DNA from: Chitinophagales bacterium
Lineage (GTDB): Bacteria; Bacteroidota; Bacteroidia; Chitinophagales; Chitinophagaceae
Reading direction: 5' to 3'
DNA length: 64,000 nt
Assembly (NCBI GenBank): GCA_038210625.1
Contig: JBBQWL010000041.1
Location: 1,584 to 65,583 of the forward strand
How positions within the stretch are numbered: the first letter of the stretch is position 1; each line of letters begins with the position of its first letter. Positions 48,053-58,772 of the stretch are shown here, one piece after another. The translations under genes and the position numbers were made by a program. The notes beneath the pieces were generated by a model, which had not been told where the DNA came from, made no database searches, and worked only from the letters and a program-made list of their open reading frames with translations.

Positions 48053-48475
48053 ATGGAGAATAGCAGTACGGTACAGTTACAACCAAAAAAGGCAGGCGCA
48101 TTTAAAAAATTTGTACGCTGGTTTACTTTGATACTATTAGTGGTATTGGGATTTTTGTTTTGGTGGAAATATTTTTATACTTACAGCGACGGCTATCGCA
48201 GTGGTTTAATGCAGAAACTATCTCACAAAGGCAATATGTTTAAAACCTATGAAGGCGAACTTGTAATGAGTAGTGTGGCTTCAACAAGCAATGTTGCAAT
48301 CGCTTCCGAAAAATTTTATTTTTCGGTTCCTTCTGACAGTGTTGCAAAGGCCTTGCAATTCTATGAGGGCAAACAGGTAAAAGTTCACTATCAGCAAAAA
48401 AATGGCAAACTATTTTGGCGGGGAGAAAGTGAATACCTGGTAGATGAAGTTATACCGGAAGCAACAACAAAGTAA
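48053..48475 (+). CDS. Conserved Bacteroidota membrane-anchored hypothetical protein
   Basis: One TM, YSDGYRSG..QKLSHKG..FKTYEGEL, VHYQQK, WRGESEY. Confidence 0.75.
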   Translation: MENSSTVQLQPKKAGAFKKFVRWFTLILLVVLGFLFWWKYFYTYSDGYRSGLMQKLSHKGNMFKTYEGELVMSSVASTSNVAIASEKFYFSVPSDSVAKALQFYEGKQVKVHYQQKNGKLFWRGESEYLVDEVIPEATTK

Positions 48476-48483
48476 AACCAGCA

Positions 48484-49182
48484 TTACGCCAGCAGTAAAA
48501 ATATAACCGGCTTTTTATGAAAGTCGGTTTTTTCTTTTTGCCACTCCGCGATTGTTTTTGTTTTTACAAATTCGTTTGTGCCGGTAAGTTCGGCAGCAAT
48601 ACAAAGCCTTGTGGAGGGCTTACAGGTTTTAAGCAACGTTTCTATCAGCTGGTTGTTCCGGTAAGGTGTTTCAATAAAAATGATAGTACTCCTTTTTCTA
48701 TGCGATGCTGCCTCCAGTTCCTTAACCGTTTTAATTCTTTCCCCATTGTCAATCGGCAGGTAACCCACAAATTCAAACTGCTGTCCGTTCATGCCGCTGG
48801 CCATCAATGCAAGCAAAATAGAGCTTGGGCCAACCAAAGGTTTTACTACAACATTTAATTGTTGGGCCAGCTCAATCAAAATCTGGCCGGGGTCAGCAAT
48901 GCCGGGACAGCCAGCTTCACTTATAATGGCGATGTTTTTATGTTCTTGTACCTTTTGTCGGAAACTATTTTTTTGTTCGTCTTCTGCCTTGTGAATAGTA
49001 AACCATTCATAGTCGTCAATTACAATTTCTTTGCAGATGCTTTTTAAAAAACGTCTTGCGGTGCGTTCGTTTTCTGCAAAAATTACCTGGCAATTTTTTA
49101 CAGTATCTATTATGTAATGAGGTATGGTTTCCAAAGCTGAATCATCCAGCACGCAGGGAATTAAATAAACGATTGAATTCAT
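48484..49182 (-). CDS. Tetrapyrrole-methylase-family SAM methyltransferase (RsmI-like)
   Basis: AENERTARRFL, ISEAGCPGIADPG, VGPSSILLALMASG, FIETPYRN. Confidence 0.88.
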   Translation of the reverse strand: MNSIVYLIPCVLDDSALETIPHYIIDTVKNCQVIFAENERTARRFLKSICKEIVIDDYEWFTIHKAEDEQKNSFRQKVQEHKNIAIISEAGCPGIADPGQILIELAQQLNVVVKPLVGPSSILLALMASGMNGQQFEFVGYLPIDNGERIKTVKELEAASHRKRSTIIFIETPYRNNQLIETLLKTCKPSTRLCIAAELTGTNEFVKTKTIAEWQKEKTDFHKKPVIFLLLA

Positions 49183-49943
49183 GACAAACCGGGCTTTGTT
49201 TTATAAAAACTAATAGTGGCTGCTATAACCGCATAGCTTGGGGCAAGTATCCAGCCAACGATAATTACACTGTGCATTAGAAAAAAAACGATGCCATTGC
49301 CAATGGCAAGTCCTTTATGACGGCCAATAAAATCGATGCTTTGAGAAGCAGACAATTTGTTTCTTTCAGAACTATAATCCAGCATGGCGAAGCCCAGGTA
49401 ATAGCATTCTACAATGAGCGCTATCAGTGGCGTAAACCACCCTATTAGCGGAATAAATGAAAGTATAAGAATGGATAAAGTATATACCGTTTGCCATAAA
49501 GCGTTTCTAAAAGCTAATTTAATACCCCGTGCAATGTCACTCAATAATTGCTGAAAACTAAATGGAAAATCCCTGTCTTCCATTATGGCTTCTGTTTTTT
49601 CGCTGAGGTAGGCAAATAAAGGGGAACCAACGATTAGAAAAAGGTATTTAAATAACGAAAAATAAAAAAGCAACATTACCAGTTGTAAAATTACCTGGCC
49701 AAAAATAAATAGGAATTTCAGCCAGCTTCCCTCAATGGTATACATCCACTTTTTTAATCCTGTGATGGAAAATATGTCATCAATGGCCTGGCCGCTGCTG
49801 ATCCAGAAAAGATAAATACCCACTCCAAAAAGAGCTGCATATAAGATGCCTGGTATAAGTATCCATTTCCATAAACGGTGCTTTACAATAAAGCGGTGCG
49901 CTTCAAGATAAGATTGTATGGCAATAACAATGTCTTTTAACAT
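49179..49943 (-). CDS. EI24/CysZ-like membrane protein
   Basis: Multi-TM; LIVGSPLFAYLSEKTE, YLGFAMLDYS. Confidence 0.8.
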   Translation of the reverse strand: MLKDIVIAIQSYLEAHRFIVKHRLWKWILIPGILYAALFGVGIYLFWISSGQAIDDIFSITGLKKWMYTIEGSWLKFLFIFGQVILQLVMLLFYFSLFKYLFLIVGSPLFAYLSEKTEAIMEDRDFPFSFQQLLSDIARGIKLAFRNALWQTVYTLSILILSFIPLIGWFTPLIALIVECYYLGFAMLDYSSERNKLSASQSIDFIGRHKGLAIGNGIVFFLMHSVIIVGWILAPSYAVIAATISFYKTKPGLS

Positions 49944-50025
49944 GCTCGATTATTCATGGTAGATTTAAGTTGATTGTTTAGAAGATGCTGGATTATATAA
50001 ATTTGTATTTAAAAGTACAGATAAG

Positions 50026-50634
50026 TTGAAGAAATTAGGCATTGATTTTTATAAGCGTAAGAATGTAACAGCGATTGCACGTGAATTGTTAGGTAAAATT
50101 ATCGTCACCAATTTTGAAGAGGGTATTACCAGTGCAAGGATTGTGGAAACGGAAGCGTATGCAGGCGTAACTGACAAAGCATCGCATGCCTGGCAAGGAA
50201 AAAGGACCGCCCGTAATGAAGTAATGTATGCAGCCGGCGGTATTAGTTATGTATACATTTGTTATGGAATGCACCAGATGTTTAATGTGGTAACCAACGC
50301 CAGCGAGATACCGCATGCGATATTAATAAGGGCCGCAGAACCAGTGGCAGGGTTGGATATTATGCTGGCCCGAACAGGTAAAAAAACACCGGACAATACC
50401 GTTACAAAAGGACCGGGTAATATGGCAAAAGCGCTGGGAATTTCTAAAATGCACTCAGGAGGCGATCTTTCAGGAGATGCGGTTTTCATAGTGTCCGACG
50501 GATATATGTTAAAGGAGCAGCAAATAGGAACAAGCAAAAGAATTGGCGTAGATTATGCAGGCGAAGACGCTTCATTGCCGTATCGGTTCTATATAAAGGG
50601 AAATAAATTTGTAAGCGGCAAGCCGGTAAAATAA
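50026..50634 (+). CDS. mpg: DNA-3-methyladenine glycosylase (MPG/AAG family)
   Basis: ARELLGK, RIVETEAY, YVYICYGMH, ILIRAAEP, GPG, RIGVDYA. Confidence 0.92.
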   Translation: MKKLGIDFYKRKNVTAIARELLGKIIVTNFEEGITSARIVETEAYAGVTDKASHAWQGKRTARNEVMYAAGGISYVYICYGMHQMFNVVTNASEIPHAILIRAAEPVAGLDIMLARTGKKTPDNTVTKGPGNMAKALGISKMHSGGDLSGDAVFIVSDGYMLKEQQIGTSKRIGVDYAGEDASLPYRFYIKGNKFVSGKPVK

Positions 50635-50652
50635 GCTTTGCAAATGAACGAT

Positions 50653-51657
50653 TTAAAATTTGGGGCAAGGGATGCCTTTGTTTTTAGACGCCTCTTTTTT
50701 GATATAAATCAGTGAAAATTCTGATCCTCCTCTGCTCGCAGTGGCCGCTTTAAGACTGCTGGTATTTACATCATAACTAGCCCCGATACGCAGGCCGTTT
50801 ATTTCTATACCAATGTATGGAATAAGAGCGTCACCAAAGCGATACCAGGTACCGAGATAAACACTTGTTGGGTTTACATCATCACTATTAACATTGGCAG
50901 ACAAAGCTCCACCTACAACAGTTTCTGTGGCTTTATTTTGAAGTTGAAAAATAGCGGATGTAAATACCGATAAATTATCAGCTACGGGAAACGAGCCACC
51001 ACCATGAACAGTTAATCTGCTGGAGAGGTTCCAGGTTTTGTCGATAAAACTTAAGCTGGGTTTATTAATGTGGTAAATAGACGCACCGAGATAATAGTTA
51101 TTAATGCCATTGCTTGAACCCGAATATAAAAGGCCTGCGTTTACATCAAAATAATTTTGATTGCTGCCATTGTTTAAAGACTCAGCAGTTGTGCCGGTAA
51201 AGCCGTTTTGGGTTAGCTGATCTTCAAATGTAAGCTTTGAAAAATCAAGAATGGCACTTGTATAAGTAGCCTGGAAGCCTGCACCAATTGTATTGTACCC
51301 ATCTTCATCCAGCGCTTTATGGTAACTCATTGAAAGTGATCCGTAATTTAATTTGAGTGCCGCATCAGCACTTTGATCGCTCAATCCTGAAATACCAATT
51401 CCAAAAACATCTCCTTGCGGAACTTTGTTTTTTAAAATACTGAAATCCATTGAAGCACTGGTAGTAACATAGGCTTTTGGGATAGACGGCCATTGATCTC
51501 TGTGGTTAGCAGCTATACGCCATTGTCCATCAAACTTACCTGTAAAAGCAGGGTTCAGTGTAAGTGGTGAAGAAAAAAATTGTGAAAAATGGGGATCCTG
51601 TGCTTTAACAAACACAGCAATTAATAGTGTACAGGCTAAAAAAACTAATTTTCTCAT
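50653..51657 (-). CDS. PorP/SprF family type IX secretion membrane protein
   Basis: AQDPHFSQFFSSPLTLNPAFTG, HRDQW, GASYD, EFSL. Confidence 0.9.
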   Translation of the reverse strand: MRKLVFLACTLLIAVFVKAQDPHFSQFFSSPLTLNPAFTGKFDGQWRIAANHRDQWPSIPKAYVTTSASMDFSILKNKVPQGDVFGIGISGLSDQSADAALKLNYGSLSMSYHKALDEDGYNTIGAGFQATYTSAILDFSKLTFEDQLTQNGFTGTTAESLNNGSNQNYFDVNAGLLYSGSSNGINNYYLGASIYHINKPSLSFIDKTWNLSSRLTVHGGGSFPVADNLSVFTSAIFQLQNKATETVVGGALSANVNSDDVNPTSVYLGTWYRFGDALIPYIGIEINGLRIGASYDVNTSSLKAATASRGGSEFSLIYIKKEASKNKGIPCPKF

Positions 51658-51825
51658 TATGAATTTTGCTTCAGAATATTAAAGATAAGCTTTTGCAGTA
51701 AATAGCTGCAATGGGCCTGTAAAAGTTTATTCAATTAATAAAAACCAATACTTACTGCTCAAGTCATTTGATAACACCGGTAATAATGATGAATTTGACA
51801 ATAAATAAAAAGCAGTCCTGCGAAA

Positions 51826-52476
51826 TTAAAATTGCATTTTTTGTCCAAATGCCAGGTCTCCTGCATCGCCAAGCCCGGGTACAATATAGCCTTTACCAGT
51901 TATTTCGTCATCAATATCGCCGCACCAGATCGTTGCTTTTGGCTGCTCCCTTAAAACAAATTCAATACCGACGGTGCATGCAATGGCACAAACAATATGA
52001 ATTTCCTTAATAACGCCTTCTTGTTTCAGGTATTGTATTGCTTTTACTAAAGAAGCCCCGGTGGCAATCATCGGGTCGCTGATGATTAGTACTTTGTCGT
52101 CCAGCTCAGGGCAACTGATATACTCAATGCTTATTTCAAAACCGCCATCAGGATTATGTTTGCGGTAGGCACTTATAAAAGCGTTTTCCCCTTTGTCAAA
52201 ATAATTCAACAACCCGTTGTGCATTCCAAGACCTGCCCTTAAAATGGTAGCCAATACCGGTTGGGATTGCAGCACTTTGCAAGTGGCGATACCCAGTGGC
52301 GTTGTAATTTCCTTTTCTTCCCAGGCCAGCGTTTTGCTTATCTCGTAAGCAGCCACTTCGCCAATTCGTTCCAGGTTTTTACGAAAACGCATCCTGTCAT
52401 TTTGCGTTTCCACATCTCTTAATTCACTCACCCAATTACTTACCAGCGAGTGTTGTTGGCTTAGATTAACTACCAT
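51826..52476 (-). CDS. upp: Uracil phosphoribosyltransferase
   Basis: RFRKNLERIG, ILRAGL, DPMIATG, YIVPGLGDAGD. Confidence 0.95.
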   Translation of the reverse strand: MVVNLSQQHSLVSNWVSELRDVETQNDRMRFRKNLERIGEVAAYEISKTLAWEEKEITTPLGIATCKVLQSQPVLATILRAGLGMHNGLLNYFDKGENAFISAYRKHNPDGGFEISIEYISCPELDDKVLIISDPMIATGASLVKAIQYLKQEGVIKEIHIVCAIACTVGIEFVLREQPKATIWCGDIDDEITGKGYIVPGLGDAGDLAFGQKMQF

Positions 52477-52565
52477 GAATATTATTTTGAAACTTTGAAT
52501 TTGAAATTTGAAATTGCACCCTCAACCCACGTTGTAAAAGTAGGAATTAAAATTTTCAAAAAATT

Positions 52566-53651
52566 ATGATTTACAGGGCAATTGGTATAATGAGTGGCAG
52601 CTCGCTGGATGGGTTGGATATTGTATTTACCGAACTGACAGAAACCGGGGGCAAATGGAATTACCAGATTTTAGCAGCTGATTGCTTACCGTATACAAAT
52701 GAATGGATCAAAAGATTATCCAGCGCCACCGGCCTTTCTGCGGTGGATTACCAGTTGCTTCATACGGCCTACGGTCATTACATCGGCCAGGCAATTAACC
52801 AGTTTATTGATAAGAATAATTTGCATCACAGAGTAAACCTGGCAGCGTCTCACGGGCACACTACGTTTCATCTGCCGGACCAAAAAATGACGGCCCAAAT
52901 AGGGGATGGAGCGGCTATTGCCGCGGTGACCCAGTTGCCGGTAGTAAGTGATTTGCGAAGTATGGATGTTGCGTTTGGCGGTCAGGGAGCGCCTATTGTA
53001 CCCATTGGCGAAAAATTATTACTTGGGGAATATGGATACTTTTTAAACATTGGTGGTATCGCCAATATTTCAATCAACACAAATAGTAAGTACACAGCTT
53101 TTGACATCTGTGCAGCCAACCGCGTTTTAAATATGCTGGCAGAAAAAAAGGGATTATTGTATGATGATGGTGGAAAAATAGCTGCATCTGGTAAATTAAA
53201 TGAACAGTTATTGCAGCAGTTAAATCAGTTGGATTATTACAGGCAACCAGCGCCCAAGTCGCTGGGCAATAGTTTTGGTACAGACACGGTGTATAAAATG
53301 ATTGAAAATGCTACACTTACTGTTGAAGATGCATTAAGAACGTATACAGAGCATATTGCCTTGCAGGTTAAAGCGGCTATCTGCAAAGAAGAAGAAAGCA
53401 CAGATAACAAAATGCTGATTACAGGTGGCGGGGCATTCAATACTTTTTTGAAACAGAGAATAAGTGATTTATTAAAAGAAAAAGCGATAACCGTTATTGT
53501 GCCAGATGAGCAACTTGTGAAATACAAGGAGGCATTGATTATGGCGTTAATAGGCGTATTAAGATGGAGGGAGGAAATCAATGTGTTGGCCTCCGTAACC
53601 GGCGCTTCGCAAAACAGTATTGGCGGTGCATTATGGCTGGGTAAGGCTTAG
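52566..53651 (+). CDS. anmK: Anhydro-N-acetylmuramic acid kinase
   Basis: GIMSGSSLDGLD, SHGHTTFH, QIGDG, DLRSMDVAFGGQGAPIVP, NIGGIAN, GGGAFN, KEAL. Confidence 0.93.
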   Translation: MIYRAIGIMSGSSLDGLDIVFTELTETGGKWNYQILAADCLPYTNEWIKRLSSATGLSAVDYQLLHTAYGHYIGQAINQFIDKNNLHHRVNLAASHGHTTFHLPDQKMTAQIGDGAAIAAVTQLPVVSDLRSMDVAFGGQGAPIVPIGEKLLLGEYGYFLNIGGIANISINTNSKYTAFDICAANRVLNMLAEKKGLLYDDGGKIAASGKLNEQLLQQLNQLDYYRQPAPKSLGNSFGTDTVYKMIENATLTVEDALRTYTEHIALQVKAAICKEEESTDNKMLITGGGAFNTFLKQRISDLLKEKAITVIVPDEQLVKYKEALIMALIGVLRWREEINVLASVTGASQNSIGGALWLGKA

Positions 53652-53712
53652 CATCAGCTTTCAGCCTATTAGCCTCTCAGGAATATTTGCTTTATTTGTA
53701 AAAATCTTTCAC

Positions 53713-54135
53713 ATGAAAAGGATAGCAGGAGGTTTATTGGTATCTACTCTTTTTTTTATAGGGTGCAGCAATGGTAATGTAGAAACCGCATCTGATAAGG
53801 AGAATTATAAAAAGGCGACAGAAACTTTGCTGGAAAAGGAAAAGAAAAATCCAATGGCGTTTTTAAAAGTATACAGTCATGATAAACACAACCTGCTTGG
53901 CCAAACTGTTATAAAAGGAAATATTGACAACAATGCCAAAGTATGCAGCTATAAGGATATACAGCTGGAGTTGTCATTTTTCAGCAAGACGGGCTCGTTG
54001 CTTGAAAAAGACAATGAAACCATATATGATGTAATTGCACCTGGCAAATCCGCGGATTTTAAAACAAAATATTTCGCACCCAAAGGCACGGATAGCGTTG
54101 CGATTAAAATAGTAAGTGCAAAAATCAATCAATAA
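53713..54135 (+). CDS. Hypothetical lipoprotein (FxLYD-like Ig fold)
   Basis: Lipobox FIGC; start set at MKRIAGG; IKGNIDN, FFSKTG. Confidence 0.65.
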   Translation: MKRIAGGLLVSTLFFIGCSNGNVETASDKENYKKATETLLEKEKKNPMAFLKVYSHDKHNLLGQTVIKGNIDNNAKVCSYKDIQLELSFFSKTGSLLEKDNETIYDVIAPGKSADFKTKYFAPKGTDSVAIKIVSAKINQ

Positions 54136-55759
54136 ACGCAAAACCGTCTCCATCAAACAAACCCAGGTCGCTTAGCTTTAAATGAGGAATTACCAGTAGC
54201 GCCATAAACGATAGCGTCATAAAAGGTGCTGCCAAAGTTGAACCCAATTGGTCCTTAACCATTTTATCAATCGCTGTGTATTTGCCAGCTACAACATAAC
54301 CATCTTCGTTGCTCATTAAGCCGGCTACAGGCAAGCCCAAGACCATATCGTTGGCGCTGTTGAATGTTACCGCACTGATGCCGCCTTTCTCTTTAATTAC
54401 CATATTTACGGCCCGGCAGATGCTATCATCATCCACGCCTACAGCAATAATATTATGACTATCGTGCGCAACGCTGGAAGCAATAGCACCCTGCTGCAAA
54501 CCAAAATTTTTTACAAAGGCTTTGGCAACCGGCGCATTCTTGTACCGGTTTACTACTACAATTTTTAAAACATTGCTGGCCACATTACTCATTATTTCTT
54601 TATTTACAACCGTGGGTGGCATGCTAAGTTTATTTGTTATCAATTGTCCTTCCATTGCTTCAATTACAAAAATTTCCTTTGCTCCCGTATCTGCAATTGT
54701 AAAATCGGTAGCCTTTTTCTCTAAGCACTCAAAATGGTTTATTAACCCGGATGGGGGTGCAGTAATTAATGATACGCCATCTGAAGCAACCAATAACCCA
54801 TCAATGTAAGTCTGCTTAATTTTAAAATGAGTAAGGTCTTTTGCAACAATAAAATCAGCCGCATCGCCTTCTCTTAATAACCCTACATTTAGTTTATAGT
54901 GCCGAACTGGATTGATGCATGCTGCCTGCAATACCTTAAAAACGTCAATGCCTTTTGCTACCGCTCTTTCGCACAATAGGTTTATATGTCCTTCCGCCAG
55001 GCTATCCGGATGTTTGTCATCGCTACAAAACATCATGCTGCCGGCATGTTCCTGCATCAGGCCAATAAGGGCTTCAAAATTTTTGGCCGCACTTCCTTCC
55101 CTGATTAAAATTTGCATGCCGTACTGTAATTTTTCCAGGGCCTCTTCGGCGGTAAAGCATTCGTGATCGGTATCTATGCCTGCAGCAATGTAATTTTTAG
55201 CAGCTTCCCCTCTCAGGCCGGGGGCGTGCCCGTCAACGGGCTTGTTGTATTTTTTTGCAGCCGCTATTTTTTTCAACACTTCGTCATCACCATTTAAAAC
55301 ACCCGGAAAATTCATCATTTCGCTCAGGTATTTAATGTCGTCTTTTTCAAGCAGCATTTCCACATCCGCAGCATTTAATGCTGCACCTGCGGTTTCAAAA
55401 ATGGTAGCAGGCACACAGCTGGGGGCGCCAAAATTAAATTTAAAGGGCACCGTTTTCCCGTTATTAATCATAAACTCCACGCCGGCCATACCACAAACAT
55501 TGGCGATTTCGTGCGGATCACTTACTGTGGCAACGGTGCCATGCACTACCGCCATACGGGCAAATTCACCCGGCACCAGCATGGAGCTTTCAATATGAAC
55601 ATGACTATCTATAAAGCCCGGTAAAATAAAATCGGCATCTTCTCTTGCAGCTGAAATTTTTGTAATAGTACCGATCTTTCCATCCTTTACTTCCACCTCA
55701 CCATACAATATGGTCCTATCAATAATATTTACCACATTGCCTTTTATTGAAAATTGCAT
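54125..55759 (-). CDS. ade: Adenine deaminase
   Basis: [52 protein letters not shown]. Confidence 0.95.
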   Translation of the reverse strand: MQFSIKGNVVNIIDRTILYGEVEVKDGKIGTITKISAAREDADFILPGFIDSHVHIESSMLVPGEFARMAVVHGTVATVSDPHEIANVCGMAGVEFMINNGKTVPFKFNFGAPSCVPATIFETAGAALNAADVEMLLEKDDIKYLSEMMNFPGVLNGDDEVLKKIAAAKKYNKPVDGHAPGLRGEAAKNYIAAGIDTDHECFTAEEALEKLQYGMQILIREGSAAKNFEALIGLMQEHAGSMMFCSDDKHPDSLAEGHINLLCERAVAKGIDVFKVLQAACINPVRHYKLNVGLLREGDAADFIVAKDLTHFKIKQTYIDGLLVASDGVSLITAPPSGLINHFECLEKKATDFTIADTGAKEIFVIEAMEGQLITNKLSMPPTVVNKEIMSNVASNVLKIVVVNRYKNAPVAKAFVKNFGLQQGAIASSVAHDSHNIIAVGVDDDSICRAVNMVIKEKGGISAVTFNSANDMVLGLPVAGLMSNEDGYVVAGKYTAIDKMVKDQLGSTLAAPFMTLSFMALLVIPHLKLSDLGLFDGDGFAFID

Positions 55760-55919
55760 ACAATTATTTTTGTTGAAAAAGTTAGCATTTTAAAGCATTA
55801 AAAGTAAGCATAACAGTTTACTTAGGGAATGGAGAATGAAGCATGTTTAAGTATTTGTCAAGCTATCAATTAATATTATCAGGACTGTTATTTTATAATA
55901 CCTTTCAGCTTAATTATAC

Positions 55920-56624
55920 ATGCGCATTATGATGAACCTGGTTTTGTTTGGCATATTTGTTTTTTTGCTGGTGGCCATACAATTTGCCGGTGGACAAACC
56001 ATTGACGAAATAATTGAAAAGCATATCCGTGCCAAGGGTGGCCTTAATAAAATAGATGCCATACGCGAAATGTATATGGAAGGCCTGGTAACCGTTATGG
56101 GTATCACGATTTCTATACAAGTAGCCAAACACCGCGATGAATTAAATCCCTCCGGTATTAATATGCAGTGGCTGATGAAGGATGAAAATGGCCATTCACC
56201 CGACAATGCATTAATTGAAACACTGCAGATTGATGACATTATTGCTGAACTACAAACTGCGCCGGATATTTCTGAATACCTTGTAAACTATGCTGCCAAA
56301 GGCTATTCACCTGTTTTGATTGGTAAAGAAATGGTGGGGGATAATAATTGTTTCCATGTAAAGCTGAGTACGAAAAACCAGCAGGAAATACATTACTGGA
56401 TCAACACCTCTGGCTTAATGGTTCAGCAGTCCTGTGTAATGAAGCGTTCAGCTTCGCTGGCTGATATGAGCAATTATATTACTTATCATGATTACAAACC
56501 GGTTGATGGAATGCAGATTGCACATTCCTTACATGTATCAAAAACATCCAATAGTCAAAACAGTATTTGTGAAATCCTTTTTAATAAAATACAAATTAAT
56601 CAACCCTTTAACCATTCATTGTAA
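55920..56624 (+). CDS. Secreted hypothetical protein, LolA-like/lipoprotein-sorting fold (divergent paralog)
   Basis: Signal, QTIDEIIEKHIRAKGG, YWIN, YHDYKPVDG; resembles the next gene. Confidence 0.65.
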   Translation: MRIMMNLVLFGIFVFLLVAIQFAGGQTIDEIIEKHIRAKGGLNKIDAIREMYMEGLVTVMGITISIQVAKHRDELNPSGINMQWLMKDENGHSPDNALIETLQIDDIIAELQTAPDISEYLVNYAAKGYSPVLIGKEMVGDNNCFHVKLSTKNQQEIHYWINTSGLMVQQSCVMKRSASLADMSNYITYHDYKPVDGMQIAHSLHVSKTSNSQNSICEILFNKIQINQPFNHSL

Positions 56625-56655
56625 AACCTGCTATCCAATCATAAAAAATTAAAAA

Positions 56656-57360
56656 ATGAAAAAAATCAAACTTGCTTTTTTAGCCATTGCCGCATTTGTA
56701 ACCGTACAAAACGGGCATGCACAAACCATTGACGAAGTTGTAAATAAATACGTGGATGCTTTAGGGGGAACAGAAAAACTGTCATCTTTGAAATCAATAA
56801 GGATGGAGGGTACTTTAAATGTGAGCGGTACCGACGTTACCTTAACTATTACAAAGTTAAATATGACGGGGCAGCGAAATGATATCGTGGCAATGGGTAT
56901 GAGCGGCTACCAGATTTTTACGTCTGCTACAGGCTGGACATACATGCCTTTTATGGGACAGTCATCACCTGAAGCAATGAAAGATGAAGAAGTAAAAACC
57001 GGCGCAGGTATGCTTGATTTGCAGGGCGCTTTATTTAATTATAAAGAAAAAGGCAACCAGCTTGAATTGCAGGGAAAAGAGAATGCGGAAAATGCAGATT
57101 GCTATAAAGTTAAAGCAACTTTAAAATCGGGGCGTATAATTACCTACTTTATTGATAGCAAAACGTATTTTATCGTTAAGTCAGTTGCTGTTCAAAATAT
57201 CCCGGGCGAAGAAGAAGTAGTTAATACTTACGCCAATTATAAGCCCAACGAAAATGGGTATATTTTTCCGTTTACACATACCATTGCAAGGGGAGAAATT
57301 TCTTTTTCTAAAATAGAAACCAATGTAGCAGTGGATGAGAAGATCTTTACCGCAAATTAA
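56656..57360 (+). CDS. Secreted hypothetical protein, LolA-like/lipoprotein-sorting fold
   Basis: Signal, AQTIDEVVNKYVDALGG, YFIDSKTY, YANYK...GYIFPF. Confidence 0.7.
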   Translation: MKKIKLAFLAIAAFVTVQNGHAQTIDEVVNKYVDALGGTEKLSSLKSIRMEGTLNVSGTDVTLTITKLNMTGQRNDIVAMGMSGYQIFTSATGWTYMPFMGQSSPEAMKDEEVKTGAGMLDLQGALFNYKEKGNQLELQGKENAENADCYKVKATLKSGRIITYFIDSKTYFIVKSVAVQNIPGEEEVVNTYANYKPNENGYIFPFTHTIARGEISFSKIETNVAVDEKIFTAN

Positions 57361-57478
57361 CAGGCAGTAATTGTACAATTATAGAATCTATCGCATCAGT
57401 AGTAAAATTCAGTTAAAATAATTTTACCATATCCCGCAAATCCTTTAAAATTCAGCATTATTTTACTATAATCCTTCG

Positions 57479-57486
57479 TACCTTTG
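57479..57486 (+). promoter_or_regulatory. -7 box (TACCTTTG) for gap
   Basis: Consensus match 36 nt before the ATG. Confidence 0.6.
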
Positions 57487-57522
57487 CAACGTTTCTAAAA
57501 AATCAAAAAATCACTTTTTATT

Positions 57523-58533
57523 ATGAGTACAGTAAAAGTTGCCATTAACGGATTCGGGCGTATCGGCCGTTTGGTTTTTCGTCAAATTTATAACATGCAA
57601 GGCATTGATGTCGTTGCTATCAATGATTTAACCAGTCCTGCAGTATTAGCGCATTTATTGAAATATGATAGCGCACAAGGCCGCTTTAACCAGGAAGTTA
57701 CCTCAACAGAAAATTCAATTATAGTAAATGGTCACGAAGTAAAAATTTACGCACAAAAAGATCCTGCTCAAATTCCATGGGGAAGCCACGGTGTTGACGT
57801 GGTAATTGAAAGTACCGGATTTTTCACTGATAAGACAAAAGCAGAAGCTCACCTTACTGCCGGCGCAAAAAGAGTAGTAATATCTGCACCAGCTACAGGC
57901 GATTTAAAAACAGTTGTGTTCAACGTTAACCATAGCATCCTGGATGGTTCTGAAACCATCATCAGCTGTGCAAGTTGTACTACCAACTGTCTTGCTCCAA
58001 TGGCAAAAGTGTTGAATGATAAGTTTGGTATCGCAACCGCTATCATGACTACCATTCACGCGTACACCAACGATCAAAACACGTTGGATGCACCACATCC
58101 AAAAGGTGATTTACGCAGGGCAAGAGCTGCTGCTGCCAACATCGTTCCTAACAGCACCGGTGCTGCAAAAGCAATTGGTTTGGTATTGCCTGAATTGAAA
58201 GGTAAGTTAGACGGAAGTGCGCAAAGGGTACCCGTTATTACGGGTTCTTTAACTGAGCTAACTAGTGTGCTGAATACATCGGTAACTGCTGAAGAAATAA
58301 ACGCAGCCATGAAAGAAGCCAGCAACGAAAGCTTCGGTTACAATGTAGATGAAATTGTAAGTTCTGATATTATCGGTACTACTTTTGGTTCTTTGTTTGA
58401 TGCAACTCAAACCAAAGTAATCACAGTTGGCGACAAGCAATTGGTAAAAACGGTTAGCTGGTACGATAATGAAATGAGTTATGTATCTCAATTGGTACGT
58501 ACGGTTCACCATTTCGCAGGTTTAATCAAATAA
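57523..58533 (+). CDS. gap: Type I glyceraldehyde-3-phosphate dehydrogenase
   Basis: [34 protein letters not shown]. Confidence 0.97.
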   Translation: MSTVKVAINGFGRIGRLVFRQIYNMQGIDVVAINDLTSPAVLAHLLKYDSAQGRFNQEVTSTENSIIVNGHEVKIYAQKDPAQIPWGSHGVDVVIESTGFFTDKTKAEAHLTAGAKRVVISAPATGDLKTVVFNVNHSILDGSETIISCASCTTNCLAPMAKVLNDKFGIATAIMTTIHAYTNDQNTLDAPHPKGDLRRARAAAANIVPNSTGAAKAIGLVLPELKGKLDGSAQRVPVITGSLTELTSVLNTSVTAEEINAAMKEASNESFGYNVDEIVSSDIIGTTFGSLFDATQTKVITVGDKQLVKTVSWYDNEMSYVSQLVRTVHHFAGLIK

Positions 58534-58683
58534 TGTTTTGGTAGGTTGAGAAGCAGTAGCTTTTTCAAGGCAGCATTTTATCCGCTGTAGGCGATAATTT
58601 ATACCGCATACCAATCTGGAACGCCTTCAATTTGCAGTAGTAAATAGTACTGTTGCATCAAGTAGTTCTTTGTTCATAATATA

Positions 58684-58720
58684 AAGCAAGGCTTTCAAAT
58701 TTATTTTGAAAGCCTTGCTT
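58684..58720 (+). terminator. Terminator-like hairpin between gap and pgk
   Basis: 16-bp stem AAGCAAGGCTTTCAAA/TTTGAAAGCCTTGCTT. Confidence 0.65.
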
Positions 58721-58772
58721 ATTTTAATAACCTTTAAAATTAAGTTCTCCGACTCTTGCGGAGACAGGCACA

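Noticed and set aside
55760-55919. Purine riboswitch upstream of adenine deaminase
   Set aside because: Short AT-rich leader without a recognisable three-way-junction core
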